A DNA stretch of 64,000 nucleotides from a virus, in the IMG/VR virus record IMGVR_UViG_3300027714_000004, positions 32,001 through 96,000 of that record, one strand, 5' to 3'. Positions 46,931 through 56,127 of this stretch are shown here, one piece after another (the stretch's first letter is position 1; every line of letters begins with the position of its first letter). Below the pieces are notes generated by a model. It had not been told where the DNA came from. It saw only the letters and a list, made by a program, of their open reading frames with translations, and ran no database searches. The position numbers were made by a program, and so were the translations under genes.

Positions 46931-46944
46931 GTTTTGAGAATATT

Positions 46945-47604
46945 ATGGTTAGGAAGAGTTTTTTAACAGGATGTGACTATAACACCGAATGGCAACTGCC
47001 GTGGTTTATAGAGAACTTCATCGAGCATTCGACAGGGATCTTACAGATCGCTGACTTTGGTATGTCCAATGATATGTTGGACTTGATCGAGCACCACCCT
47101 AGGTTCGGTAAACAAATATACATCCTTAGTTTTGAAAACAACCTAAGTGGTTGGTTCAAGAAACCTCGTGCAATATACACTGCAACTAGTGATGGGTTCA
47201 GTATATGTTGGCTAGATACCGACTGTCAGATAGACGGAGACATAGATTCTATATGGGATCATTTCGAAGGCGGTAGACTGGGGATGGTAGTAGACCGACC
47301 TTGGACTAAGAGAAGACCAGACAACGGGGAGTGGTACAACTCTGGGGTCGTTCTAAGCGACCGCAACCCTACCCTGACATCTTGGATGCACTCTTGTGAG
47401 GAAGATCAGACGGAGTCAGACCAGTACGTCCTGTACCATATGCACACCCCCATAGAACGAATAGGTAAGATATATCCTATACCTCACGAATATAATACGT
47501 TACGATTAGACTACATAGATAATGTAGCTGTAGATAATCCTATCGTTATACACCATACAGGTAAGAAAGGTAATGATGTGATTAGACAACAGATGAATGT
47601 TTAA
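46945..47604 (+). CDS. GT-A fold glycosyltransferase
   Basis: WFKKP, WLDTD, YNSGV, DQ, YN, HHTG. Confidence 0.75.
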   Translation: MVRKSFLTGCDYNTEWQLPWFIENFIEHSTGILQIADFGMSNDMLDLIEHHPRFGKQIYILSFENNLSGWFKKPRAIYTATSDGFSICWLDTDCQIDGDIDSIWDHFEGGRLGMVVDRPWTKRRPDNGEWYNSGVVLSDRNPTLTSWMHSCEEDQTESDQYVLYHMHTPIERIGKIYPIPHEYNTLRLDYIDNVAVDNPIVIHHTGKKGNDVIRQQMNV

Positions 47605-47619
47605 TATTGGAGAAATAAT

Positions 47620-48090
47620 ATGTTAAGTGGCTTAATAGGTTCGCTTTTGGGATTCGGGGGTTCACTTGTACCTGCGATAACGGATCACTTTAAATCCAAA
47701 AGAGACAACGAATTTGAACTAAAAAAGATGGAGAAGATGGCAGAACTACGTGCTGCTGGATTCGACCATGATATGGAGATGTTTCAGACGCAAGCGGCAG
47801 ACAATGAACACGCTCGTTTGATTCAACACGACATTAGTATTAATCAAGGGACTGGAATTATCGCGAACCTACAGAAATCTGTTCGTCCGATAATCACGTA
47901 CTCTTTCTTTATTCTATTCGCGATTATAGAATGGAATTTATTACAACAGGCATTAGAAACCGGCGCACTCATGGGGGACGCATTGGACGCCTTATGGGAT
48001 GAAGATACCAAAGCGATATTCGCTGCGATTATTTCTTTCTGGTTCGGTTCACGTGCAGTAGAGAAGGCGCGAGAACGCCCAATGAAATAA
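47620..48090 (+). CDS. Three-TM membrane protein (holin-like)
   Basis: SVRPIITY..FWFGSR. Confidence 0.65.
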   Translation: MLSGLIGSLLGFGGSLVPAITDHFKSKRDNEFELKKMEKMAELRAAGFDHDMEMFQTQAADNEHARLIQHDISINQGTGIIANLQKSVRPIITYSFFILFAIIEWNLLQQALETGALMGDALDALWDEDTKAIFAAIISFWFGSRAVEKARERPMK

Positions 48091-48100
48091 GGTGAAGGAA

Positions 48101-48451
48101 ATGTATAGTTATGAAGCAAAGATCCGCAGATGGGTGGATGGCGATACCGTTGACGTTGATATTGATCTTGGGTTCGGTCTTGTTTACAGTAATCAGCGGT
48201 TGCGTCTATATGGGATTGATGCTTATGAGTCGCGCACACGAGACCTTGACGAAAAGAAGAAAGGTCTTGAGGCAAAGGATTACGTCAAAAAGATGGCTCC
48301 CGAAGGAAGTACGGTAAGTATCATCACCCACAAGACAGGTAAGTACGGTAGAATCCTTGCAGAGGTCTTCGTAGAAGTTTCCTACAACGACTGGCAAAGT
48401 ATCAATTCACTTTTAATAAAAGAAGGCCATGCCACAGAATATCTTATTTAA
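48101..48451 (+). CDS. Thermonuclease (SNase)-like protein
   Basis: VDGDT, RLYGIDAYE, GKYGRIL, GHA. Confidence 0.85.
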   Translation: MYSYEAKIRRWVDGDTVDVDIDLGFGLVYSNQRLRLYGIDAYESRTRDLDEKKKGLEAKDYVKKMAPEGSTVSIITHKTGKYGRILAEVFVEVSYNDWQSINSLLIKEGHATEYLI

Positions 48452-48510
48452 GATAATCTTTGACCTAGTGAATAGGTTATGGTATACTGTGGGCATTATA
48501 AGGAAGAATC

Positions 48511-49161
48511 ATGAGACGAGTTAATGTACTGGGTAATGGCGATCACGCCAGTCTATACAAGAAAGGTACTGAAGGTGAATTGGTGGTATGTAACATGCCT
48601 CCAATTGAACTGAGTAAGGAAGATGTCTATGCTTCATGCATGGTCGACTTCAAGATGATGTCTGCCCTAGAAGAGGGTCAAGTTAACCTTGGAGATTATG
48701 ACTGGGTATTGGGTGCACGACCACGTAGATGGATGGAGCTGAAACCATCGTTCTACCTAAAGTATTCCCAGAACATTAAAGGGTTCCATACCTATGTTCC
48801 ACCCTATGCCCAGTTGCCCGGCAACAAATTATCAGATGCTGCTACCAACTACTCCTGCGGACATATGGCAGTAGACTATGCGTGTCGTATCATGAAAGCG
48901 ACCGAGGTACATTTGTACGGGTTCGATGCGATGTTTGACATGAATCTAAACAGTCATACTGATAACTTCTTGAAGAGTGATAGAAGCGCGTTGAACGTGC
49001 ACCGCATGGCGAGTAACTGGCGTCCTATTTGGCACGGGTTCTTTAAAGAGTTCTGTAACGTCAAGTTCGTTATCCATCACAACCATTCTGATATTAAGTT
49101 AATTTTACCAGATAATACAACTGTTGAAGTAGGAGAGTTAGATGTTAGAGAAGATTCTTAA
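48511..49161 (+). CDS. Putative sugar-transferase-like protein
   Basis: VLGNG..CN..D..SCGHMA..LYGFD pattern. Confidence 0.5.
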   Translation: MRRVNVLGNGDHASLYKKGTEGELVVCNMPPIELSKEDVYASCMVDFKMMSALEEGQVNLGDYDWVLGARPRRWMELKPSFYLKYSQNIKGFHTYVPPYAQLPGNKLSDAATNYSCGHMAVDYACRIMKATEVHLYGFDAMFDMNLNSHTDNFLKSDRSALNVHRMASNWRPIWHGFFKEFCNVKFVIHHNHSDIKLILPDNTTVEVGELDVREDS

Positions 49162-49276
49162 TGATGTTCGAAAGTTCATCGAAGACACCGCACACGATTT
49201 TCAGTCGGTATGGGAGTTCAGACCCAATGTACTAATCTGGTGTATCATCTTTGGTACACTATTATTCTGGATATAA
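49142..49276 (+). CDS. Small membrane peptide
   Basis: AGGAG RBS, hydrophobic C-terminus. Confidence 0.55.
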   Translation: MLEKILNDVRKFIEDTAHDFQSVWEFRPNVLIWCIIFGTLLFWI

Positions 49277-49305
49277 AAAAAGGGAACCGCAATGGTTCCC
49301 TTCTT
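49276..49305. terminator. Terminator hairpin between convergent genes
   Basis: A-tract, GGGAACC-GCAAT-GGTTCCC, TTCTT. Confidence 0.8.
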
Positions 49306-49329
49306 CGTTCTTACTGTCGGGTAAGTTCC

Positions 49330-50175
49330 TTAGAATATTTTGATCATGTTCTTCATGATTTCGCATTCTTCCGGACGGCCTTCTGATATCCAATCATCCC
49401 ACGATGAACGTAGTGCAAAGGATATATCAACCATAGTCTGGTTGTCTTTCTCTTCACCATTGATCCACTTAACGGCAGATGATGCACCGTAGTAGATATC
49501 AATCATATCAAATTCTGGGGTACACATAGGTGCAAATATCTCACGGACTTGATCGTCTTCAAACCCTACTTCTTGGTCTTGCATAGGAACACCTAGGAAT
49601 ACGACTGCGTCGAACTTCTCGTGTTCACCTTCTAGAGACCAAGATGATTGTCCATGCTTGTACTGATGAGAACATGTTAATGTCTTATCAATCATACCTG
49701 AAGCCATATACATCTCATGCATAGCGCCTTTGTACTTAGTCTCTGGTGGACGGACAATAGTGAACTTCGCATTGTATCCATACATGTCCATCACTAGAGG
49801 GATGCTCTGAGCGATAATGTTCATGTCTGGGAAAGTTGTCATATGTGCACGTTCTGGAGGAAGTAGGTCAACCATTCTGTCAGCGCGATAACTTAACATC
49901 CAGTGACTCTGACCTTCGTTTACGTGACCAACAAACAATACATTCTTATATCCTTTGGACATAATTGCATTACAGAACATTGGTGCACGAGACAACATTT
50001 CTTCGGACATATTGATCTCGTCAGACTTATGACGTAGGTACTTACCTTTCTTGACAGTTGCTTGATTCAAGGCAGTATTCATCTGTAGAGCAAGATGCTC
50101 TTTCTTTCCTTTTGAAACGAATTTCTGATTTTCTCCATCGGTTAAAATGGTTTCATCTGATGTGTTAAAAAACAT
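49330..50175 (-). CDS. Hypothetical protein
   Basis: 281-aa ORF with AAGGA RBS. Confidence 0.75.
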   Translation of the reverse strand: MFFNTSDETILTDGENQKFVSKGKKEHLALQMNTALNQATVKKGKYLRHKSDEINMSEEMLSRAPMFCNAIMSKGYKNVLFVGHVNEGQSHWMLSYRADRMVDLLPPERAHMTTFPDMNIIAQSIPLVMDMYGYNAKFTIVRPPETKYKGAMHEMYMASGMIDKTLTCSHQYKHGQSSWSLEGEHEKFDAVVFLGVPMQDQEVGFEDDQVREIFAPMCTPEFDMIDIYYGASSAVKWINGEEKDNQTMVDISFALRSSWDDWISEGRPEECEIMKNMIKIF

Positions 50176-50178
50176 TGG

Positions 50179-50433
50179 TTAGGATCCCTTATAGATGTTT
50201 TGTATGTGTGTTTCGAATTGCTCGATCTTGTCCAATCGATTCGGCCATAAGATGTACTCCTTTTCAGGATTCGCCTTTAGGTTCGTCAATAACGGTTGAA
50301 TCGCATTGAATAGGTTATCGAGTCGTGTGTGGTAATCATCAGCATCAGAGGATATGGACTCTAACTGTTGGACAGCTTCGAGTTCCGACTCGTCTACTAC
50401 TGTGAAACCGAAATCAAATAGTTCTGTATTCAT
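50179..50433 (-). CDS. Hypothetical protein
   Basis: FDFGFT..YILWPNR. Minus-strand TATAAATA at 50439-50446. Confidence 0.7.
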   Translation of the reverse strand: MNTELFDFGFTVVDESELEAVQQLESISSDADDYHTRLDNLFNAIQPLLTNLKANPEKEYILWPNRLDKIEQFETHIQNIYKGS

Positions 50434-50522
50434 AGGGTTATTTATACCTTTTTTTTGGTCAGCCCTTGACAAAGCTTGATATATCTGTTACAATGTAGCT
50501 TCAGACCTAGAGGGGACTATAC

Positions 50523-51071
50523 ATGAATATTTTTAGATTACACGATGATCCAGTCATATCTGCACAGATGATGTGTGACAAGCACGTAGTTAAAATGGTT
50601 ACCGAGTACGGTCAACTACTCTCTACTGCACACCGAGTTCTTGACGGTACTGTCGAGAGACGACCTTCCAAATCCGGAAAACGCATGGTAGACCATTATT
50701 TAGTCGCTGAACAAGCCCGAGAGAATTTACTATACAAGGTTGCTCACAAGAACCACCCATCAGCAATCTGGTGTAGAGAGAACGATAAGAACTACCGATG
50801 GTTGTACAAACACTTTCAGGCAACTTCAAAAGAGTACACCAACCGTTACGGTCGTGTTCATATGACCTATGATAAGTTAGGTGGTATGTTATGGTTCGCA
50901 CCGAAGAATATTGACATACAATTGAAAGAAACTAAAATGCCTGAGTGTATGCCTGACTACTGTAAGACAGACAGTGTACCTGAGAGTTACCGCAAGTACT
51001 ATAACGAAGAGAAGAGTCACTTCGCAAAATGGTCTAACCGTGAGGTACCGGAGTGGTTTATAGAAAAGTAG
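50523..51071 (+). CDS. Pyrimidine-dimer DNA glycosylase (DenV-family)-like protein
   Basis: MNIF..DKHVVKM..HKNHPSAIW..YRKYY. Confidence 0.75.
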   Translation: MNIFRLHDDPVISAQMMCDKHVVKMVTEYGQLLSTAHRVLDGTVERRPSKSGKRMVDHYLVAEQARENLLYKVAHKNHPSAIWCRENDKNYRWLYKHFQATSKEYTNRYGRVHMTYDKLGGMLWFAPKNIDIQLKETKMPECMPDYCKTDSVPESYRKYYNEEKSHFAKWSNREVPEWFIEK

Positions 51072-51261
51072 GACTGTGGTCACTACGGGTTATGTTAATT
51101 ATCTGGTTAAGTTTCTCCCAGAAGGCTGACGATGACCTATTCGGAGTACTTACCAGTATCCGACGATTTAATGAATGTAAGAGAGTTGTACACTTGACAA
51201 CCCCCTAGAATGTATAGTATAATGTACATTGTACAGTTTATGAAACATATTGAGGTTTATT

Positions 51262-51558
51262 ATGATGCACGGTTCAATGCGACATACAACCACTGGTCGC
51301 AAGAAGAGTTACAATGCTTGGTCAACCAAGAAGAAAGTTGCCCCCAGATTCCAACCTATGGAAGTTGCTAGTGAGCCCTACAAAAGGGACAGTATAGTTT
51401 ATAACTCAGTAGATTCAGGTACTATGAATACCGAACGAAAGGAAAGAATGACCTACACCGGAACCTTAGTCAAAGGTATCGGTACCATGCACAAGTCGAA
51501 TGCGGTGCCCGTAATCGACGAACAACAGATGAAAGATTTAGCGAGGATGAGTCAATGA
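51262..51558 (+). CDS. Hypothetical protein
   Basis: YTGTLVKGIGTMHKSNAVPV, promoter at 51194. Confidence 0.7.
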   Translation: MMHGSMRHTTTGRKKSYNAWSTKKKVAPRFQPMEVASEPYKRDSIVYNSVDSGTMNTERKERMTYTGTLVKGIGTMHKSNAVPVIDEQQMKDLARMSQ

Positions 51559-51758
51559 CATTACCCTGTGAGAGACGATGGGCGGTGAATAACACACGAC
51601 AGTTCTTGATGGACTTACAAGATCCCAAGAAGACTCCAAGGATTCCGTCCGAGGTACGTAAACAGGCCTCTCGATGTCTTAGACACTACCCAGGCGAGTA
51701 CTATATGGAACGTGCCGCAGAAGATGCACCTAATGTATTTGGAGACTGGGGTGAGTGA
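51555..51758 (+). CDS. Hypothetical protein
   Basis: MTLPCER..LRHYP. Confidence 0.7.
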   Translation: MTLPCERRWAVNNTRQFLMDLQDPKKTPRIPSEVRKQASRCLRHYPGEYYMERAAEDAPNVFGDWGE

Positions 51759-52137
51759 CTATACACCAGACAATTGGGTTGTTATTAAGTTTACCCAACA
51801 AATGAAAAGTGGCAATACCGGATATGGTAGAACCGAAAAAGTATTTTACAAAGTACTTGGTGGATGGTCAGGTGGGTATCTTGGTAGTGATTCTTGGAGA
51901 CTGAACAGTGGCATCGTTGACGTTGAAGAGACTACTGATTCTTTCATCTTTATCGGTCATAGTGGTAGTCGGTACATATGCGACAAGACTCAGGAACGTC
52001 TAAGAATGAATACTGCTGGTATATGGGAACAAATGCAGGAAGTTAGTGAATCGACGGCCGGGGATGTTAAACTTGAGCTGATGGAACCTGATGACGAAAG
52101 AACTCGTAAAGATTGGAAGGTAATGCTATGTCTATGA
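51751..52137 (+). CDS. Hypothetical protein
   Basis: PDNWV..WSGGYLGSDSWRLNSGI..SGSRY. Confidence 0.7.
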   Translation: MSDYTPDNWVVIKFTQQMKSGNTGYGRTEKVFYKVLGGWSGGYLGSDSWRLNSGIVDVEETTDSFIFIGHSGSRYICDKTQERLRMNTAGIWEQMQEVSESTAGDVKLELMEPDDERTRKDWKVMLCL

Positions 52138-52553
52138 ACGAAGACGAACGAGTTGCAAGAGTAGAGGGTCAACTTAGTCCCGAAGTTCAATCGGAGTTCT
52201 CGGGCAGTACAATGTCCAAGGCAGGGAGACTTGCTATGGAACTTAATGTCGAACGCAAACGTCTCAAGCAAGAGATGGAAGAACTACAATTAGAAGTCGA
52301 AGACCTGAAACCTGCAACACCTACGGGTACGATTGACAGTTATGTTAAGTGGGGAGCGACTGTACTTGGTGTGGTTGGAGTATTCGCTATGAGCGCAGGG
52401 TTTGGTATCACCGGACAGATATGTTATGCGTCAGCCGCTACTGCATGGGTGTATGTCGGTCACTGTTGGAATGACAAAGCAATTATGATAGGAAGTGCTA
52501 TATCAGGTACATCAGTACTAATGAACCTAGTGGACACTCTAGTAGCATCGTGA
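52128..52553 (+). CDS. Membrane protein
   Basis: Coiled coil followed by about 3 TM segments. Confidence 0.7.
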   Translation: MSMNEDERVARVEGQLSPEVQSEFSGSTMSKAGRLAMELNVERKRLKQEMEELQLEVEDLKPATPTGTIDSYVKWGATVLGVVGVFAMSAGFGITGQICYASAATAWVYVGHCWNDKAIMIGSAISGTSVLMNLVDTLVAS

Positions 52554-52645
52554 CCAACTATCGCTGATTGGTCGAGCTTCTGCCTTGCATTATATCCAAA
52601 CCTATGAGATAATAGCTACCTAATTGACTGATAGAGAGATAGATT
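52550..52645 (+). promoter_or_regulatory. Early promoter cassette with GTGACC-N14-GGTCGA site
   Basis: TTGCAT-17-GATAATAGCTACCTAATTGA. Confidence 0.8.
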
Positions 52646-52945
52646 ATGACTGCATTTACTAAAGAAAACTTCACTTGGGACGGCATGTACTTGATGTATC
52701 AAGGTATGTTCGAAGGTTCTCGCACTATGGAGCAAGTTTCTCCTAACTGTCACTCATCTTGGCACGGTAAGCCAGAACGCACTTTCGTTGCACGATTCAA
52801 GTATGGTTCTAAGCCGTGGAAGTCGTGGATGAATCACCTAGTTAAAAACTGTACTGTTGAGCAGTACATTGAGTTGACTCGAAACACTAGTCCGATGGAA
52901 GCAATGGAAACCCTTGGTTTCAAACCACGTAAGAGGAGAGCATAA
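52646..52945 (+). CDS. Hypothetical early protein
   Basis: ORF after cassette. Confidence 0.75.
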   Translation: MTAFTKENFTWDGMYLMYQGMFEGSRTMEQVSPNCHSSWHGKPERTFVARFKYGSKPWKSWMNHLVKNCTVEQYIELTRNTSPMEAMETLGFKPRKRRA

Positions 52946-53151
52946 TGATAATGTACGGTTCAGTTGGTGAGATACTTTTATGGGAGACTCCTACTGGGGT
53001 CTCTTCTGGTGAGATCATGTTCGTTCATAAGGACATTGCGGGTGATGGTGTGGACTACTACAGTATTACATCTGGTTCCGAACCTATGGATCGATACTAT
53101 CTAGACAGTGATGCGATGTCGAAGATGAATGTGGTTAATCTATCTGCGTGA
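52945..53151 (+). CDS. Hypothetical protein
   Basis: Coupled ORF. Confidence 0.6.
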   Translation: MIMYGSVGEILLWETPTGVSSGEIMFVHKDIAGDGVDYYSITSGSEPMDRYYLDSDAMSKMNVVNLSA

Positions 53152-53240
53152 CTAGTTTCTTTGTTTGGGTCACGCTTATGCCTTGCATTCTACCCAAACC
53201 TATGAGATAATAGCTACCTAATTGATTGAGAGAGTAGATT
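53148..53240 (+). promoter_or_regulatory. Early promoter cassette with GTGACT-N14-GGTCAC site
   Basis: TTGCAT-17-GATAATAGCTACCTAATTGA. Confidence 0.8.
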
Positions 53241-53498
53241 ATGAAAGACAGAATATTCGACTATGCCAAGACTGATGATACCCAGTTCTTCTACTTTAAT
53301 CGTGTTGCAGACTGCTTCACTACCAAGATGGATTGGTATGACAATGATGACGTTGATATGATCGTTGTTGACGCAACTAATACCTCGCAAGAGACTGACA
53401 ACATTTTCTCTTTCCTCTACCAAACAGAACCTAACGCGGATCAGGTCTGGATGCGATTTGCCCAAGAATTCTACGGAGATGCATATGTCAACGCTTAG
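53241..53498 (+). CDS. Hypothetical early protein
   Basis: ORF after cassette. Confidence 0.7.
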   Translation: MKDRIFDYAKTDDTQFFYFNRVADCFTTKMDWYDNDDVDMIVVDATNTSQETDNIFSFLYQTEPNADQVWMRFAQEFYGDAYVNA

Positions 53499-53751
53499 TC
53501 TAGAAGAAGCCTGTCACTACTTGTGGCGCGAAGAGATTACGGATTGGGGTTCGTACACCTACGTCCAGAATCATATCTACATTAGTAAGGGTACCGACCT
53601 CGTAGGATTCGTTCCTCGCAGTACAGGTATCATTAAGATGTTCAATACCCCTAAGAAGTCTTGGTCAGTTGCTCGACGCAAGTTCCGCAAGTTTACCAAG
53701 AAAGATATAAAAAAGGTTATTGATATGCAAAATGGTTCTAAACAGGACTAA
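53485..53751 (+). CDS. Hypothetical protein
   Basis: GGAG RBS. Confidence 0.65.
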   Translation: MSTLSLEEACHYLWREEITDWGSYTYVQNHIYISKGTDLVGFVPRSTGIIKMFNTPKKSWSVARRKFRKFTKKDIKKVIDMQNGSKQD

Positions 53752-53769
53752 CTATTTAGCTACACGCCC

Positions 53770-53830
53770 TTGCTTTTTTAAAACAAGTATGAGATAATAG
53801 CTACCTAATTGACTGATAGAGAAATGACTT
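53770..53830 (+). promoter_or_regulatory. Early promoter cassette
   Basis: TTGCTT-17-GATAATAGCTACCTAATTGA. Confidence 0.8.
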
Positions 53831-54001
53831 ATGAAAATTATCCTTATTGATGACATAAAGAACGTTCGAAACTTCAAGTCTGGTTATGAGTTGGTCGAGT
53901 ATGAAGCAGGTACTGACCCTATGGACGGTTTCTGTCTACTGGGTTTCGATGAAGTCGGAATGTTCTGTACCAACCCTCGTTACGCTTTCCTTGGAGCTTA
54001 A
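53831..54001 (+). CDS. Small hypothetical early protein
   Basis: 56-aa ORF after cassette. Confidence 0.6.
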   Translation: MKIILIDDIKNVRNFKSGYELVEYEAGTDPMDGFCLLGFDEVGMFCTNPRYAFLGA

Positions 54002-54005
54002 TATA

Positions 54006-54680
54006 ATGTCAAACTACTTTAGTTACCCAACCTACGGTTCTGATGAACACAAATACAATCAGTACCTTGGTAACCACGTCAACAAACAAAACAAGGGTAG
54101 TCGCGGTCAGGACTCTGAACGCCAGAAGACCTACCGAGCAGAGTGGACGTTCCAGTCTAAGGTAACCAACCCTAAGTTTGCGTCTATCGATGAGGCTCAG
54201 AAGTTCGCCAAGAAGATCTATAAGTCCAAGACTTGGGTTAAGTTATGGAACAAGTCGATAGAGAATGACGTTAGTCGCATCTTCGGTGCGCAACCTAAAG
54301 TTGTCGCGATGGGTAGTCGTACGAAAAAGTTAAGTGGATTCACCGATGGATTCACTGTGACACTAGACTTGGTCACTGGTCTGAACAAGTACACCCTGTT
54401 ACACGAACTTGCGCATTGTCTTGGTCATATGCACCACGGTCGTTCGTTTCGACAATGTCTCTTGGGTCTGGTCGGTACCTTCATGGGATCTGAAGAGAAG
54501 AAGATTCTTAAAGGAGAGTTTAAGAAAGCAAAGTTGAAGTGCGGTGATGCTCGGAAACCTCAGACGTTCGAAGTCTGGATGGAGTCAAAGAAACGTATGG
54601 CTGCAATGCGAGAAGCAAACGAAAGTATGAAAGACGATATAAAGTTTTTACATAAGATGCGTAGCAAAGGTTGTATGTAA
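54006..54680 (+). CDS. HExxH zinc-metallopeptidase-like protein
   Basis: LLHELAH..HHGRSF. Confidence 0.7.
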   Translation: MSNYFSYPTYGSDEHKYNQYLGNHVNKQNKGSRGQDSERQKTYRAEWTFQSKVTNPKFASIDEAQKFAKKIYKSKTWVKLWNKSIENDVSRIFGAQPKVVAMGSRTKKLSGFTDGFTVTLDLVTGLNKYTLLHELAHCLGHMHHGRSFRQCLLGLVGTFMGSEEKKILKGEFKKAKLKCGDARKPQTFEVWMESKKRMAAMREANESMKDDIKFLHKMRSKGCM

Positions 54681-54847
54681 TGAATGAACAAATAGATACG
54701 TGCGAAGACTGTCGTATAGAAATAACCACCAAAGGTATCGAAGTTGACAGCAGTACAGGGAACTTATACCTAGAGGGAGTAGTTTTAGTGATAGTAATAG
54801 CAGTCTTATATATTGGTAAGAAACTAGTTGACAAATACATTAAATGA
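54680..54847 (+). CDS. Small membrane protein
   Basis: Coupled ORF, hydrophobic stretch. Confidence 0.55.
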   Translation: MNEQIDTCEDCRIEITTKGIEVDSSTGNLYLEGVVLVIVIAVLYIGKKLVDKYIK

Positions 54848-54961
54848 ATAGTTAGGTTTCCCTAGGTGGGGAAGGTATTACGGATATTGCTACTTATTGC
54901 TAAGTGTACTAACCCCACCATTTTTTATTCCAAATTGTTCTAAAGAAATGTGAAATAGCCC

Positions 54962-55020
54962 TTGTGTTTTCAAAAGAAGTGTGAGATAATAGCTACCTAA
55001 TTGATTGATAGAGAGTGATT
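54962..55020 (+). promoter_or_regulatory. Early promoter cassette
   Basis: TTGTGT-17-GATAATAGCTACCTAATTGA. Confidence 0.75.
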
Positions 55021-55215
55021 ATGAAAAAAGACTTCCCAACCCTTTGCGGACTCCTCGGAGCGATTCTTATGGCAATCTTTGCCTTTCACATGAATCCCGT
55101 GATCGCGATAGTTGGATTGTCTTTGTTGTCTGTTCAATCAGTTAATGCAAAGTTGTGGAACCTTGTCGCTCTGAACGCGATAAGCATTTGTGGATTTGTT
55201 ACTCAATTACTCTAA
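55021..55215 (+). CDS. Small hydrophobic membrane protein
   Basis: About 3 TM segments. Confidence 0.7.
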   Translation: MKKDFPTLCGLLGAILMAIFAFHMNPVIAIVGLSLLSVQSVNAKLWNLVALNAISICGFVTQLL

Positions 55216-55225
55216 GGAATTTATT

Positions 55226-55441
55226 ATGAATTTGATTGGTCAGAAAGTTGAAGCAAACTGGGGCGCAATGTACCCTATCGCAGAAGGTGTTGTATGCGGA
55301 CACTTCGGTAAGAATAATGTTATCATTCGATGGGAAGATGGTACCAAGAGTGAACTTGATGCCAATTCAATTCATGAACTTGGTTACCGTAGTGTGAATG
55401 GTTCACCTATCGGAGTATTCTTCGGTGAGGTCGCGGCATGA
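55226..55441 (+). CDS. Hypothetical protein
   Basis: AAGGA RBS, WGAMYP..SPIGVF. Confidence 0.7.
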   Translation: MNLIGQKVEANWGAMYPIAEGVVCGHFGKNNVIIRWEDGTKSELDANSIHELGYRSVNGSPIGVFFGEVAA

Positions 55442-55653
55442 TCGATAATATTAGTGTAGACTCTGATGGACTAATTGAACTCTATAACGGTGACAATCTC
55501 CTCGCAGCAGGTCGGTCACCACATTTCCTATCCTATGCGATACGACAACATGATGGCCCTGCTCCGGTGATTCGTACCTCGACTGCATGGCAAGAGTCTG
55601 AGATACTTGAGGAACTGGATTATATTTGGCAACAAACTTGTGAGTTACTATAA
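55438..55653 (+). CDS. Hypothetical protein
   Basis: GAGG RBS, coupled. Confidence 0.6.
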   Translation: MIDNISVDSDGLIELYNGDNLLAAGRSPHFLSYAIRQHDGPAPVIRTSTAWQESEILEELDYIWQQTCELL

Positions 55654-56066
55654 TGGATAGGGTAGTCAAACTAAACTTCGACCGTAAGGTGAGGTACCTC
55701 AAGGACAAGGATACTGAGGAGTGTCGTCGACTCTTTGAGAAGATAATGGATCACTACGGTCAGTTCCTAGAATCGCCACACGGGTGGGATCTTCGCTCTA
55801 TCGCAACGTATGAGAAGGTGGTACGCAATTGTGGACTATCGGTTAATGAGTTTCTGTCGGAGACCTTCACCATAGCAGCTCCCAAACCAAAGAAGAAGAC
55901 CGCTGTCAAGAAACCTACCGTGACCAAGAAGAAGGTTCCGGTCAAGAAACCTATTGTCAAGAAGAAACCTGTAGTGAGAAAGAAACCCACTACCGTGACC
56001 AAAAAGAAGACCTCGGTCACTAAGAAGACCCTTCCTAAGAAGAAATCGATAAAAAAGGTCGCATAG
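55653..56066 (+). CDS. Protein with histone H1-like Lys/Pro/Val/Thr tail
   Basis: KKPTVTKKKVPVKKP repeats. Confidence 0.7.
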   Translation: MDRVVKLNFDRKVRYLKDKDTEECRRLFEKIMDHYGQFLESPHGWDLRSIATYEKVVRNCGLSVNEFLSETFTIAAPKPKKKTAVKKPTVTKKKVPVKKPIVKKKPVVRKKPTTVTKKKTSVTKKTLPKKKSIKKVA

Positions 56067-56070
56067 GCCC

Positions 56071-56127
56071 TTGACATTTCCCCTCAGTATGATATAATAG
56101 CTACCTAATTGATTGAGAGAGAACGTT
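56071..56127 (+). promoter_or_regulatory. Early promoter cassette
   Basis: TTGACA-16-TATAATAGCTACCTAATTGA. Confidence 0.8.

Noticed and set aside
52585-56127. GATAATAGCTACCTAATTGA repeats as CRISPR repeats or att sites
   Set aside because: Hundreds of bases apart and each coincides with -35/-10 promoter geometry. No integrase in the window.
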